Assembly: GCA_964605765.1 (NCBI GenBank)
Contig: CAZSDY010000001.1
Coordinates: 1 to 62,810, forward strand
DNA: 62,810 nucleotides
Reading direction: 5' to 3'
Source of the DNA: an uncultured Ectothiorhodospiraceae bacterium
Lineage (GTDB): Bacteria > Pseudomonadota > Gammaproteobacteria > HK1
Both the position numbers and the translations under genes were made by a program. This document shows, one piece after another, positions 1-10,513 of the stretch. The number at the start of each line of letters is the position of its first letter. The stretch's first letter is position 1. The notes beneath the pieces were generated by a model. It ran no database searches. It saw only the letters and a list, made by a program, of their open reading frames with translations, and was not told the origin of the DNA.

Positions 1-59
1 GCAGATTGCGCCGGACAGGCCGCGGCCGCCGCACGCACCACAGCGGCTCGACCCGGCGC

Positions 60-1838
60 TCACGTCTCGCCGCCGCCGGACAGCGCCGCGCGCCCCTGGG
101 CACACTCATGCACGAGCCGGTCGAGGTCATCCGCGCTCAACTGCCGCCACGCGGGGCGCACCGCACAGGCTTGTCGGTCGCACATCTCCAGATCACGCAG
201 CAAGCGGTCCATGTCGGGTATGTGCGCGGGCCGCGGTGCGTCGCCGAGCGCACGGTGCACCAGCAGCCTGAGCAGCGCGGCACGCCCGGTGTGCTCTGCC
301 GTGTCGGCCCGGGCCAGCCACGTGCACAAGTCGCCGAGCAACGCGGGCGCGTCGATCTGCTCGATGGCGGCTGGTATCCCGTGCAGGGAAACCACGCCAG
401 GGGCCGCCAGGCGCATATCGATGCCGAGCGGGAGCAATCGTGCCAAACGCTGCTCCGCGTCACGCGATACGTGCTCTGCGACGGCGAGCGTGGCGGGCAC
501 CAGCAATGGTCGCGTGATCACGCGCTCCTCGGCCAGCGCTCGCTGTAATCGGTCGTGCAGCACCTGCTCGCGTGCCGCATCGATATCGACCAACACCAGA
601 CCGGCGGCATTTTGCGACACCAGATACTTGTCGAGCACGCATCCCAGCGCACGGCCCAGCGCCGCGGTCGCATCATCCGGGGTGCTCGCCGGCGCACCGG
701 CCGTGTCCGCCGCCGATCGCGCCAGCTCGCCATAAGCAGCCATCTGCTGCGCGATGCCCGGCGCTGACGAACGCGACAGGGAAGGCGCGGGCGCGCCGGG
801 CGCCGGTGCGTCGATGGCAAGCTCCGGGTCCGCCGCCTGCTGCAAGGCACGGTGAAGGCTGCCGAACAGGAAATCGTGCACCAATCGACTCTCGCGGAAC
901 TTGACCTCGTGCTTGGTGGGATGAACGTTGACATCGACCTCGGCGGGACTCATGTGCAGGTACAGCACGAAAGCCGGATGGCAGCCGCGCTGCAGGCGCT
1001 CGCCGTAGGCCTGCCGAATGGCATGCGCCACGAGCTTGTCGCGGATCATGCGCCCGTTGAGGAAGAAATACTGCAGGTCCGACTGGTGGCGTTCGAGCGA
1101 CGGCAAGCCCGCCCAGCCCCACAGGCGCATGTCGGCCGCCTCGAACGTCAGGCTGAGCGCGTGCTCGCAAAACCGACCTCCGCAAAGCTTGGCCACGCGG
1201 CCCAGGCGATCGGCCTCGGTGCGCGCGGCGCGCAGGCGCCACACCGGGCGCCCATTGTGCTGGAACTTCAGCTCCACCTCGAAATGGCCGAGCGCCACGC
1301 GGCGTACCACGTCCTCCACGTAGCGCAGCTCGGTCTTCTCCGTGCGCAGGAATTTGCGACGTGCCGGTGTATTGAAGAACAACTCGCGCACGGTGATGGT
1401 GGTGCCGCCAGGGTGCGCCGCCGGCTCCGGCCGTGTCTCCCCTGCCGCCAGGCGCCAGGCGCCATCAGCCCCGGTGCTGCGCGACACGATCTCCACGCGC
1501 GCCACCGAAGCAATGCTGGGCAAGGCCTCTCCGCGGAAGCCGAGGCTGCCGAGTGCCTCCAGATCGGCCAGTGAACGGATCTTGCTCGTTGCGTGGCGGG
1601 CGAACGCGAGCGCCAGATCATCGGCCTCGATGCCACAGCCGTCGTCGCGCACGCGGATGAGGCGCACACCCCCGCTTTCCACTTCCACATCGAGGTGCGC
1701 CGCACCCGCGTCCAGGCTGTTCTCCAGCACCTCCTTGAGCACCGAGGCGGGACGCTCGACGACCTCGCCGGCCGCTATCTGATTGGCCAGCAGCAGCGGC
1801 AGCTTTTCAATTCTCCGGTGTGAACCAAGCGTCGTCAT
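60..1838 (-). CDS. mutL: DNA mismatch repair protein MutL
   Basis: ORF 60..1871. N-terminal GHKL ATPase signature LANQIAAGEVVERPASVLKEVLENSLDAGA. ATG at 1838 (MTTLGSHRRIEKLP) preferred over the upstream TTG at 1871. Confidence 0.93.
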   Translation of the reverse strand: MTTLGSHRRIEKLPLLLANQIAAGEVVERPASVLKEVLENSLDAGAAHLDVEVESGGVRLIRVRDDGCGIEADDLALAFARHATSKIRSLADLEALGSLGFRGEALPSIASVARVEIVSRSTGADGAWRLAAGETRPEPAAHPGGTTITVRELFFNTPARRKFLRTEKTELRYVEDVVRRVALGHFEVELKFQHNGRPVWRLRAARTEADRLGRVAKLCGGRFCEHALSLTFEAADMRLWGWAGLPSLERHQSDLQYFFLNGRMIRDKLVAHAIRQAYGERLQRGCHPAFVLYLHMSPAEVDVNVHPTKHEVKFRESRLVHDFLFGSLHRALQQAADPELAIDAPAPGAPAPSLSRSSAPGIAQQMAAYGELARSAADTAGAPASTPDDATAALGRALGCVLDKYLVSQNAAGLVLVDIDAAREQVLHDRLQRALAEERVITRPLLVPATLAVAEHVSRDAEQRLARLLPLGIDMRLAAPGVVSLHGIPAAIEQIDAPALLGDLCTWLARADTAEHTGRAALLRLLVHRALGDAPRPAHIPDMDRLLRDLEMCDRQACAVRPAWRQLSADDLDRLVHECAQGRAALSGGGET

Positions 1839-1889
1839 CGCCTCAGAGCGTGTACAGGATGGCAGCGTCAAGTCAAGTCCGCGTGCCGC

Positions 1890-3212
1890 TCAGCGTTGAA
1901 ACAAGTTGATCGACTCCACATGACTGGTGTGAGGGAACATGTCGACCACGGCCGTTTGCCGCAGCGCGAAGCCCTGCTCGCCGACCAGCACGGCAGTGTC
2001 ATGCGCCAGTGTGCGTGGGCTGCACGAGACATACACAATGCGAAGCGGCGCGTGTGCGGGGAGACTGCGTACCACGGCCGCGGCGCCGCTGCGCGGCGGG
2101 TCGAGCAACAGCTTGTACGCGCTCGCCCCGAGCCAGGTACGGCAATCTTCCTCGCATGAGAGGTCAACGGTGTGGAATTCGACGTTGTTGAGGCCGTTGC
2201 TCCGTGCGTTGCGGCCTGCCATGGCAACCAGCGCATCCCGTCCCTCGAGCCCCACCACGCAACCCGCAAGGCGCGCCGCGGGCAGGGAAAAGTTGCCGAG
2301 TCCACAGAACAGATCCATCACCGTGTCGATGCGCTCGGGCGCGAGCCAATCCAGCACGCGGGCGACGAGCGCCGCGTTGATCGCGGTGTTGACCTGCGTG
2401 AAATCGAGCGCCTCGAACGCCATGCTCAGACCCTGACCGGGAAGCTCATAGCAAAGCGCGGGCGGGGTCGCGGGCCACAGGGGATGCACGGTGCCGGGCC
2501 CGCCCGGCTGCAGAAAGACGTGGATGCGCTCGGCCAGTGCGAAGCCGCGCAACCTCTCCAGGTCTTCGTCGCTCAGGGCGTCCAGGTGCCGGAACACGAG
2601 CGCCGTGACGGTATCGCCGACTGCCACCTCGATCTGCGGGACACGCTCGCGCCCGTCCAGCGATGCGATCAAGCGGCGCAACACGCCGATACGCTTGCCG
2701 ACCGATGCGTGCAGTGTCTCGCAGCGCTCCAGAACGGCCACCTTGCTCGTGCGAAGCTCGCGGAATCCGACCAGCGCCAGGTTCTTCGTGCCCAGCCATT
2801 TCACGCCCATTCGCGCCTTCCTTCGGTAACCCCACACGGGCGCGGTGATGGGCGGCGCCACGCTGGCAGGCACCACGCCGGCCGTTTGTCGCAGGATCTC
2901 GAGCAGGTGCGCCTGCTTGTGGGCGAGTTGCGCCTCGGCGGACAAGTGCTGCAGCGTGCAACCGCCACAGTAGCCGAAATGCGCGCACCGCGGATCGACA
3001 CGCTCGGGCGAGCGCGACATCACCTTCTCGACGACGCCCTCGTCGTAATCCCTGCGCAGCCGCGTGTAGCGCATGCTGACAATCTCACCGGGCAGTGCGC
3101 CGTCGATGCGCACCGGCTTGCCATGAACATGGGCCTCTCCCCGGCCATCTTCGCGCAAGCCATCGATTTCCACGCGCAGCGGCGCACTCGGTAGACACTT
3201 CTTCCTGGACAT
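1890..3212 (-). CDS. rlmD: 23S rRNA (uracil-C5)-methyltransferase RlmD (RumA family)
   Basis: TRAM-like N-terminus, Fe-S cysteine cluster CAHFGYCGGCTLQH, SAM motif DLFCGLGNFSLP. ATG at 3212 (MSRKK); the track start at 3233 is GTG. Confidence 0.88.
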   Translation of the reverse strand: MSRKKCLPSAPLRVEIDGLREDGRGEAHVHGKPVRIDGALPGEIVSMRYTRLRRDYDEGVVEKVMSRSPERVDPRCAHFGYCGGCTLQHLSAEAQLAHKQAHLLEILRQTAGVVPASVAPPITAPVWGYRRKARMGVKWLGTKNLALVGFRELRTSKVAVLERCETLHASVGKRIGVLRRLIASLDGRERVPQIEVAVGDTVTALVFRHLDALSDEDLERLRGFALAERIHVFLQPGGPGTVHPLWPATPPALCYELPGQGLSMAFEALDFTQVNTAINAALVARVLDWLAPERIDTVMDLFCGLGNFSLPAARLAGCVVGLEGRDALVAMAGRNARSNGLNNVEFHTVDLSCEEDCRTWLGASAYKLLLDPPRSGAAAVVRSLPAHAPLRIVYVSCSPRTLAHDTAVLVGEQGFALRQTAVVDMFPHTSHVESINLFQR

Positions 3213-3581
3213 GGAAACGCGGCTCCCTGGCACCTACAATTGATTATCACGCTTCGCTCGGACGCGCCATCGCTCGAACGAGGGCGCGTCGCACGGCGCG
3301 GTGCGTTCAATCATCTCACCACAGGACATGACGAGCGCCCCCGCACCCCGGCGAGACCACCCTGAACGTTTCCCGTTGACGCGGCGCGATGCGCACCGGA
3401 AAGTGCAAATGCGCGGCGTGCACATTATGATGATCACAACCGTTGTCAGGGATTCATGGCGTGCCAGCACCCGCTCGGTGGAAACTGGGGGGAGCCGTTG
3501 GCTTTCGCGGGCTCGATCTGCGAGGTTCGTACGCCACTTGCGCGATCATGGACCCGACCTCCGCAATGGGGGCGCGCTGGT

Positions 3582-3887
3582 ATGAGCAAGTACACGTGGA
3601 TAGTCACCCGTGACCGTTATGTGGGTGACAGCTCTGACGCCGTCGGCAAGATCGGCCCACGCGGCGAAACGGACCGCGCTCCCTTCGACCAGGTCATCCT
3701 CCACGGCGAGAAGTTCCGGTTGCTCAACAGCAGCGGCGAATCCGAGTTCAGCGGCTACATTTACGGTGAATACACCGGCATGGAGCCACTGGAGGAATAC
3801 GGGCGCGACTACGGCTGCACCGGCATCGAGTACGACAGGGATGGCCACTGGGTGTCTCTGGACGGCACGCCGCATCAATCACTATGA
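3582..3887 (+). CDS. small hypothetical protein (about 101 aa), no recognisable family
   Basis: In-frame ATG at 3582 (MSKYTWIVTRDRY...) inside ORF 3456..3887. Normal amino-acid composition. Its stop overlaps the ATG of the next gene (ATGA at 3884-3887). Confidence 0.5.
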   Translation: MSKYTWIVTRDRYVGDSSDAVGKIGPRGETDRAPFDQVILHGEKFRLLNSSGESEFSGYIYGEYTGMEPLEEYGRDYGCTGIEYDRDGHWVSLDGTPHQSL

Positions 3888-4210
3888 GCTTCGACCACGA
3901 AGCGCTGGAGCGGATAAGTGGCGGCGACCACGCGCTTGCGATCGAGCTCGTGGACATGTTGCTGCGGGCTCTGCCCGAGCAGCGCCGCAGCATCGGGACA
4001 GCACACCGCGAGGTTGACCTGGCGACGCTCGCGCGCATCGCGCACACGGTCTCCGGCGGGGCTGCGTACTGCGGCGCCCCGGCACTGAAAGGGGCAGCCG
4101 ACGCGCTGGAGAACGCGGCCGCGCGCGGCGACCGCGCGTGTCTGGCCGATGCCGTCGAAGACGTGTACCGGGAGATGGCTGCATTGACCGACGGCGCCCA
4201 TTCGCCGTAA
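3884..4210 (+). CDS. stand-alone Hpt (histidine phosphotransfer) domain protein
   Basis: 108 aa. Helical-bundle-like sequence with the Hpt-type motif ARIAHTVSGGAAYCGAPALKGAADALE (phosphorylatable His followed by G..A...G). Confidence 0.7.
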   Translation: MSFDHEALERISGGDHALAIELVDMLLRALPEQRRSIGTAHREVDLATLARIAHTVSGGAAYCGAPALKGAADALENAAARGDRACLADAVEDVYREMAALTDGAHSP

Positions 4211-4219
4211 CCCCCGGCG

Positions 4220-4705
4220 TCAGCGGCGCGTCGCGTCGCGGGAATCCCGCCGCGCGCCACCGGGCGTGTCGCTTTGCAACTCCATTGCCATGATCAGTGC
4301 GTCTTCTCTGCGGCCCTCGGCAGGGTAGTAGCCGCGCCGGGTTCCCACCTCGTTGAAGCCGACGGCGCGATACAAGTGCAGCGCCTGCATGTTGGACGGC
4401 CGCACCTCGAGCATCACGGTGAGCGCGCGGTGCCCGCGCGCGACCTCCAGCAGATGATCGAGTATGAGCCTGCCCATGCCGCGGCCCTGAAACCGCTCGT
4501 GCACGCACAGGTTGAGGATGTGCGATTCGCGCGCGCCGGCCGACATGATGCCGTAGCCGCGCAGGATCGATCGGTGCTCCAGCACCCAGCAGCAGTATCC
4601 CACCCGCAGGCAGTCCCTGAATATCCCGGGAGACCAGGGAAAAGGATACGCACCGCGTTCTATGCGCACGACTTCGCGCACGTCGCATTCCTGCATGGGA
4701 CGCAT
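4220..4705 (-). CDS. rimI: ribosomal-protein-alanine N-acetyltransferase RimI (GNAT)
   Basis: GNAT acetyl-CoA motif ERFQGRGMGRLILDHLL, plus RRGYYPAEGRREDALIMA as in RimI. ATG at 4705 (MRPMQECDV) chosen; the longer track ORF would overlap the upstream UDG gene. Confidence 0.85.
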   Translation of the reverse strand: MRPMQECDVREVVRIERGAYPFPWSPGIFRDCLRVGYCCWVLEHRSILRGYGIMSAGARESHILNLCVHERFQGRGMGRLILDHLLEVARGHRALTVMLEVRPSNMQALHLYRAVGFNEVGTRRGYYPAEGRREDALIMAMELQSDTPGGARRDSRDATRR

Positions 4706-4788
4706 GCGCGCGCAGCCGATTTCCGGCACTTCCAGGTTGTCGCCACCCGCGCGCGGGCGGGACTTCTCCCTAGCTTGCGCAAAATGAG

Positions 4789-5523
4789 TCACTGGGCTTG
4801 GGGCTCGCCCGCCAGGATACCGCGCAACATACTCAGATCCTCCCATGCCTTGCGCTTCTCGAGCGGTGAACGCAGCAGGTAAGCGGGATGATAGGTCACC
4901 ACGAGCGGCGTGCGTGCCCCGCCGTATTCATGGACGCTGCCCCGCAAGCGCCCGATGGCCACCCCCGTGTCGAGCAGATTCTGCGCGGCGATGCGCCCCA
5001 CGGCAAGTATGGCGCGCGGCCGAACCAGCTCGAGCTGGCGCAGCCAGTGGGCCTCGCAACAGCGGACCTCGTCGGGCCGGGGGTCACGGTTTCGCGGCGG
5101 CCGGCACTTGAGAATGTTGCCGATGTAGACCTGTTCCCTGGCGAGCCCTATCGCGGCGAGCATGGCGTTCAATAGCCGGCCCGCCCGCCCCACGAAGGGC
5201 TCACCGCGCCGGTCCTCCTCGGCGCCGGGCGCCTCTCCGATGACGAAGCACGATGCGCTGCGATCACCGGTCCCGAACACGGTCTGCGTTCGGGATTCGG
5301 CGAGAGCACACGCCCGGCACGACGCCACGCGGGCCTCGAGCGCCGGCCAGTCGAGTTGCGCGACGGGCACCGACCCCTGGAGCCCGTCACCGGGCGTGGG
5401 CGGGTCGGCGCCGGGCGCCGCGTGCGTGTCACGCGGTGTGCGTGCCGGTGCGGCATCGCGAGGCTCCCACACGGGTATCCCCATTGCCTGCAGATAGCGG
5501 TGCTGGCGCGAACTGTATGCCAT
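4789..5523 (-). CDS. uracil-DNA glycosylase, family 4
   Basis: [24 protein letters not shown] motif, N-terminal [11 protein letters not shown]-terminal HPAYLLR. Conserved position upstream of rimI. Confidence 0.88.
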   Translation of the reverse strand: MAYSSRQHRYLQAMGIPVWEPRDAAPARTPRDTHAAPGADPPTPGDGLQGSVPVAQLDWPALEARVASCRACALAESRTQTVFGTGDRSASCFVIGEAPGAEEDRRGEPFVGRAGRLLNAMLAAIGLAREQVYIGNILKCRPPRNRDPRPDEVRCCEAHWLRQLELVRPRAILAVGRIAAQNLLDTGVAIGRLRGSVHEYGGARTPLVVTYHPAYLLRSPLEKRKAWEDLSMLRGILAGEPQAQ

Positions 5524-5540
5524 GCGATTCCCCGCCCCGT

Positions 5541-7076
5541 TCAGACCTGCGGATGCGTCCTCGGCTCGGCGCTCAGCATCCGGTTCAATGCATTCACGTA
5601 GGCTTTGGCCGAGGCAATCACGATATCGGTATCAGCCGCCTGGCCGTTGACGATTCGCCCATCCTTCGCAACCCGCACCGTCACTTCTCCCTGCGCGTCG
5701 GTACCACCGGTGATGGCATTGACGGAGTAAAGTTGCAGCTCGCACTCGCACCTGACGATCGAGTCGATGGCCTTGAAGGCCGCGTCGACCGGCCCATCGC
5801 CCTGCGCCGTGCCCCGCGACTCCGTGCCGTCATCGCTCACCGTGACCCGCGCGCGTGGCGTCTCACCCGTCTCCGAGCAGACATGCAAGGATACCAGGCG
5901 AAAACGTTCCTCCACATCCAGCGCGACAGCCTCGCCGACCAGCGCATGCAGATCATCGTCGTATATTTCGTGCTTCTTGTCAGCAAGCGTCTTGAAGCGC
6001 CGAAATGCCGCATTGAGATCCTCCTCGGAGTCGAAAACCACGCCCAGCGTCTCGAGCCGCGCGCGGAACGCGTTGCGCCCCGAGTGCTTGCCCAGCACCA
6101 TGCGGTTGGCCGCCCACCCCACATCCTCCGCGCGCATGATCTCGTAGGTCTCACGGCTCTTGATCACACCGTCCTGGTGAATGCCGGCCTCATGTGCGAA
6201 AGCGTTGGCCCCAACGATTGCCTTGTTGGGCTGCACGGGGAATCCGGTGATCGACGACACCAGCCGCGACGCCGGTACGATCTGCGTGGTGTCGATACGG
6301 GTGTCGCAACTGAACTCGTCCTGACGCGTTCGCACCGCCATCACGACCTCCTCCAGCGATGCGTTGCCGGCACGCTCGCCGAGCCCGTTGATCGTGCATT
6401 CCACCTGGCGCGCACCGTGCATGACCGCGGCCAGTGAGTTGGCAACGGCGAGCCCCAGATCATTGTGGCAGTGCATGGAAAACACCGCCTTGTCGGCATT
6501 CGGCACGCGCTCGATGAGTTGGCCGATCAAGGATCCGAATCGATGCGGCAAGGTATAACCCACGGTGTCGGGTATGTTCACCGTGCCGGCACCGGCCGTT
6601 ATCACCGCCTCGATTACGCGACACAGGAAGTCAGGCTCCGAGCGCCCCGCGTCCTCCGGCGAGAACTCCACGTCATCGCAGTAGCTGCGAGCGCGCTTCA
6701 CCGCCCGCACGGCCTCGGCCAGCACCTGCTCGGGACTCATCCGCAGCTTCTTCTCCATGTGAATGGGCGAGGTGGCAATGAACGTGTGGATGCGCGCCGC
6801 ATTGGCCCCCTTCAACGCCTCTGCCGCCCGGTCGATGTCCGCGTCCAGGGTTCGCGCCAGGGCGCACACGGTGCTGTCCTTGACCACGTTCGCGACTGCT
6901 TTGACTGCCTCGAAGTCCCCGTTGCTCGCGATCGGGAATCCGGCCTCGATGACATCGACACGCATGCGCTCCAGCACGGCGGCAATGCGCAGTTTCTCGT
7001 CGCGGGTCATGGAGGCCCCTGGACTCTGCTCGCCGTCGCGCAGCGTCGTGTCGAAAATTACCAATGCGTCACTCAT
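5541..7076 (-). CDS. leuA: 2-isopropylmalate synthase
   Basis: 511 aa. N-terminal [27 protein letters not shown], and a C-terminal LeuA regulatory domain. Confidence 0.96.
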   Translation of the reverse strand: MSDALVIFDTTLRDGEQSPGASMTRDEKLRIAAVLERMRVDVIEAGFPIASNGDFEAVKAVANVVKDSTVCALARTLDADIDRAAEALKGANAARIHTFIATSPIHMEKKLRMSPEQVLAEAVRAVKRARSYCDDVEFSPEDAGRSEPDFLCRVIEAVITAGAGTVNIPDTVGYTLPHRFGSLIGQLIERVPNADKAVFSMHCHNDLGLAVANSLAAVMHGARQVECTINGLGERAGNASLEEVVMAVRTRQDEFSCDTRIDTTQIVPASRLVSSITGFPVQPNKAIVGANAFAHEAGIHQDGVIKSRETYEIMRAEDVGWAANRMVLGKHSGRNAFRARLETLGVVFDSEEDLNAAFRRFKTLADKKHEIYDDDLHALVGEAVALDVEERFRLVSLHVCSETGETPRARVTVSDDGTESRGTAQGDGPVDAAFKAIDSIVRCECELQLYSVNAITGGTDAQGEVTVRVAKDGRIVNGQAADTDIVIASAKAYVNALNRMLSAEPRTHPQV

Positions 7077-7450
7077 CGTTTCGCTCCTGCTGTGTCTGAA
7101 TGGCTACGGCTCGCCCAAGCGCGGTGTGTCGCTCCCGGGTTTCGGGCCGGCGCCGTAACCTCGCCGCCACACGCCGGTAGCGCGAGGGTTTCCGCACCTT
7201 GGTCGAGGTGCCGGTTGCTGGGTCGTGGTCCCTGAGGACGTTGTACGGTGGGATATGCGCTGCCTAGGGCAGCAGTCGAAGCGGCAGCAGGCGTGCGAGC
7301 GGTGCGGGCGCACGGGCACCAGCGCACGCGCTCGCTCGGCGGCGTGATACTGGAATACCCGATTGCTCGATCATTGTTTGTGCACGGTCACTGTTGGACG
7401 GCTGAGACTATAGCCTGCTTTGACGGTGATTCCAACCCGGGTTCCGACGC

Positions 7451-8227
7451 TCACTCGCGCTTGGCAAGCTCGTCCCCAGGCGAGGCGTGCTTACGCCTGG
7501 CACGCCGGCGGCGAATCTGCAGGAGCGTCAGCACGGGACCGGATCCGGCATACAGGAAAGTGATCGAAAACAGCACCAGCGGCGGATCGGTGGAGACCAG
7601 CACGAAGACCAGCACAATCAGCAGCAACGCGATGAACGGCACACGCCCGCGCAGATCGAGCTCCTTGAAGCTGTGATAGCGAATGTTGCTGACCATCAGC
7701 GCGCCGGTTGCCACGGTAAGCGCGAGCGCACCGCCCGCCAGATCCTTGCCGCTGAAGCCATAATCGGTGGCCAACCAGAACATGCCCGCCATGACACCGG
7801 CCGCCATGGGGCACGGCAGACCCTGAAAGAATCGCTTGTCCGCGGTGCCGAGCTGCGTATTGAAGCGGGCAAGGCGCAGCGCGGTCGCCGCGGCGTAGAA
7901 GAATGCGACCAGCCAGCCGAGCTTGCCCAGATCCTGCAGCGCCCACAGGAACGCGACCAGGGCCGGTGCGAGCCCGAAAGAAATGACGTCGGACAGACTG
8001 TCGTACTCGCCACCGAATGCACTCTGGGTGTTCGTCATGCGTGCGATTCGCCCATCCGCACCGTCGAGCACCATGGCGATGAAAATCGCCACACCGGCCT
8101 GCGCGAAGCGCCCGCTCATACCCGCCACGATGGCGTAGAAGCCGGCGAACAGGGCGGCGGTCGTGAACAGGTTCGGCAGCAGGTAAATACCGCGTCGCTG
8201 CTTCCTGGCGGGTTGCGAAGTTTCCAT
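7451..8227 (-). CDS. pssA: CDP-diacylglycerol--serine O-phosphatidyltransferase
   Basis: CDP-alcohol phosphatidyltransferase motif DGADGRIARMTNTQSAFGGEYDSLSD. Multi-pass membrane protein. ATG at 8227; the track start at 8242 is GTG. Confidence 0.9.
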   Translation of the reverse strand: METSQPARKQRRGIYLLPNLFTTAALFAGFYAIVAGMSGRFAQAGVAIFIAMVLDGADGRIARMTNTQSAFGGEYDSLSDVISFGLAPALVAFLWALQDLGKLGWLVAFFYAAATALRLARFNTQLGTADKRFFQGLPCPMAAGVMAGMFWLATDYGFSGKDLAGGALALTVATGALMVSNIRYHSFKELDLRGRVPFIALLLIVLVFVLVSTDPPLVLFSITFLYAGSGPVLTLLQIRRRRARRKHASPGDELAKRE

Positions 8228-8291
8228 TGCGTCGAACGGCACCGTGAGTGTACGCGACTAAGTGAATATCATAGCGCCCGCGGCCGGCCGG

Positions 8292-8933
8292 TCAAACCGT
8301 GGGCTGTGCCACCTTGCCTGAATGGCCCGCTGCCGGCGCCTCCCTGACGAGCTTTGCGATAACGTCGGTTGCGCCAAGCACTGCACCCCCGTCGGCGATA
8401 CACGCTCTGGCGCTGGCGGGTACGTAGACATCCACGCGCCGCGCAAAGTAGACGAATCCGTTCCTCTGCCCCTGGCCGATGCGCTCCCCGGGGGCAACAT
8501 CACAACGAAACAGCGCCCGGCGCCGCGTCCTCACGCACATCGCGACATCGTCACCCTCGTCGGTTTGAATCCATATGGCATAGGAACCGCCGCACGCCCC
8601 TGGCGCATCGGCCCAGAAATCCATCACCTTGCCTTCCGTCGGGCTGCGCAATGCTCCGATGCCGAATCGCCGCGGGACGATGCTCATGACCAGTGCTTCG
8701 CGGTTCAGCCACGGATCGAGGCCCGGTGCTACGCTGCGCACGTGCCCGTCTACGGGACTGACGATGCCGAGAGGGGACGGCGGCACGACGCGCAGGGGTT
8801 CGAAGTAGATCCACAACGTAGCCGCCAGAAGCGCCACCAACGGCGCGCTCGCGATCGCCCCCGCCGCATGCCACAGCACCGCGGCACCGACAGCCAGGCC
8901 GAGCACCGGTAGACGTCCCTCGGGCGCGATCAC
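8292..8933 (-). CDS. phosphatidylserine decarboxylase-related protein (short form)
   Basis: 213 aa. Two N-terminal TM helices followed by a Psd-like beta domain. Lies directly upstream of pssA in the same operon. Confidence 0.65.
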   Translation of the reverse strand: MIAPEGRLPVLGLAVGAAVLWHAAGAIASAPLVALLAATLWIYFEPLRVVPPSPLGIVSPVDGHVRSVAPGLDPWLNREALVMSIVPRRFGIGALRSPTEGKVMDFWADAPGACGGSYAIWIQTDEGDDVAMCVRTRRRALFRCDVAPGERIGQGQRNGFVYFARRVDVYVPASARACIADGGAVLGATDVIAKLVREAPAAGHSGKVAQPTV

Positions 8934-8950
8934 CGCCCTGACCTGACCGA

Positions 8951-10018
<1,068 letters not shown>

Positions 10019-10513
10019 TCAGACGTTGAGTGACTTCTCGCCGCGCCCGATCCCGAGGGGACCGGAACGCACGATCTCGAGGATCGACTTGCCGTCAAGC
10101 GCATTGATGAATGCATCGAGCTTCGCCGCCCCACCGGTCAGCTCGATGATGTATGTGCCCTCCGTCACATCCAGGATCCGCCCACGAAAAATGTCGGAGA
10201 GGCGTTTGATCTCCTCGCGCCATGGGCCCGTGGCATGCAGCTTGGCCATCATGATCTCGCGCTTGATGTGCGCTGCCTCGGTAATGTCCTGCAGCTTCAC
10301 GACGTCCACCAGCTTGTTGAGCTGCTTGGTGATCTGCTCGATGATCTCCGGGTCGTCGTCGGCCGTGACCAGCGTCATTCTCGAGATGGTGGGATCCTCG
10401 GTGGGCGCCACGCTCAGCGCCTCGATGTTGTAGCCGCGCGCGGAGAACAGCCCTGCTACGCGGCACAGAGCCCCGGGCTCGTTTTCCATCAGCACGGAGA
10501 TGATGTGCTGCAT
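10019..10513 (-). CDS. ilvH: acetolactate synthase small (regulatory) subunit
   Basis: MQHIISVLMENEPGALCRVAGLFSARGYNIEAL (ACT domain). Its ATG overlaps the ilvI stop by 1 nt (TGATG). Confidence 0.93.
   Translation of the reverse strand: MQHIISVLMENEPGALCRVAGLFSARGYNIEALSVAPTEDPTISRMTLVTADDDPEIIEQITKQLNKLVDVVKLQDITEAAHIKREIMMAKLHATGPWREEIKRLSDIFRGRILDVTEGTYIIELTGGAAKLDAFINALDGKSILEIVRSGPLGIGRGEKSLNV

Noticed and set aside
6-548. 180-aa + strand ORF at the window start
   Set aside because: It is entirely antisense to the well-supported mutL CDS and has the Arg/Gly/His-rich composition typical of high-GC artefacts.
3226-3241. TGGCAC-N5-ATTGA sigma-54-like element
   Set aside because: The -12 element is shifted by one nt and reads GA instead of GC. 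It overlaps the rlmD start region and lies 350 nt from the nearest + strand gene.
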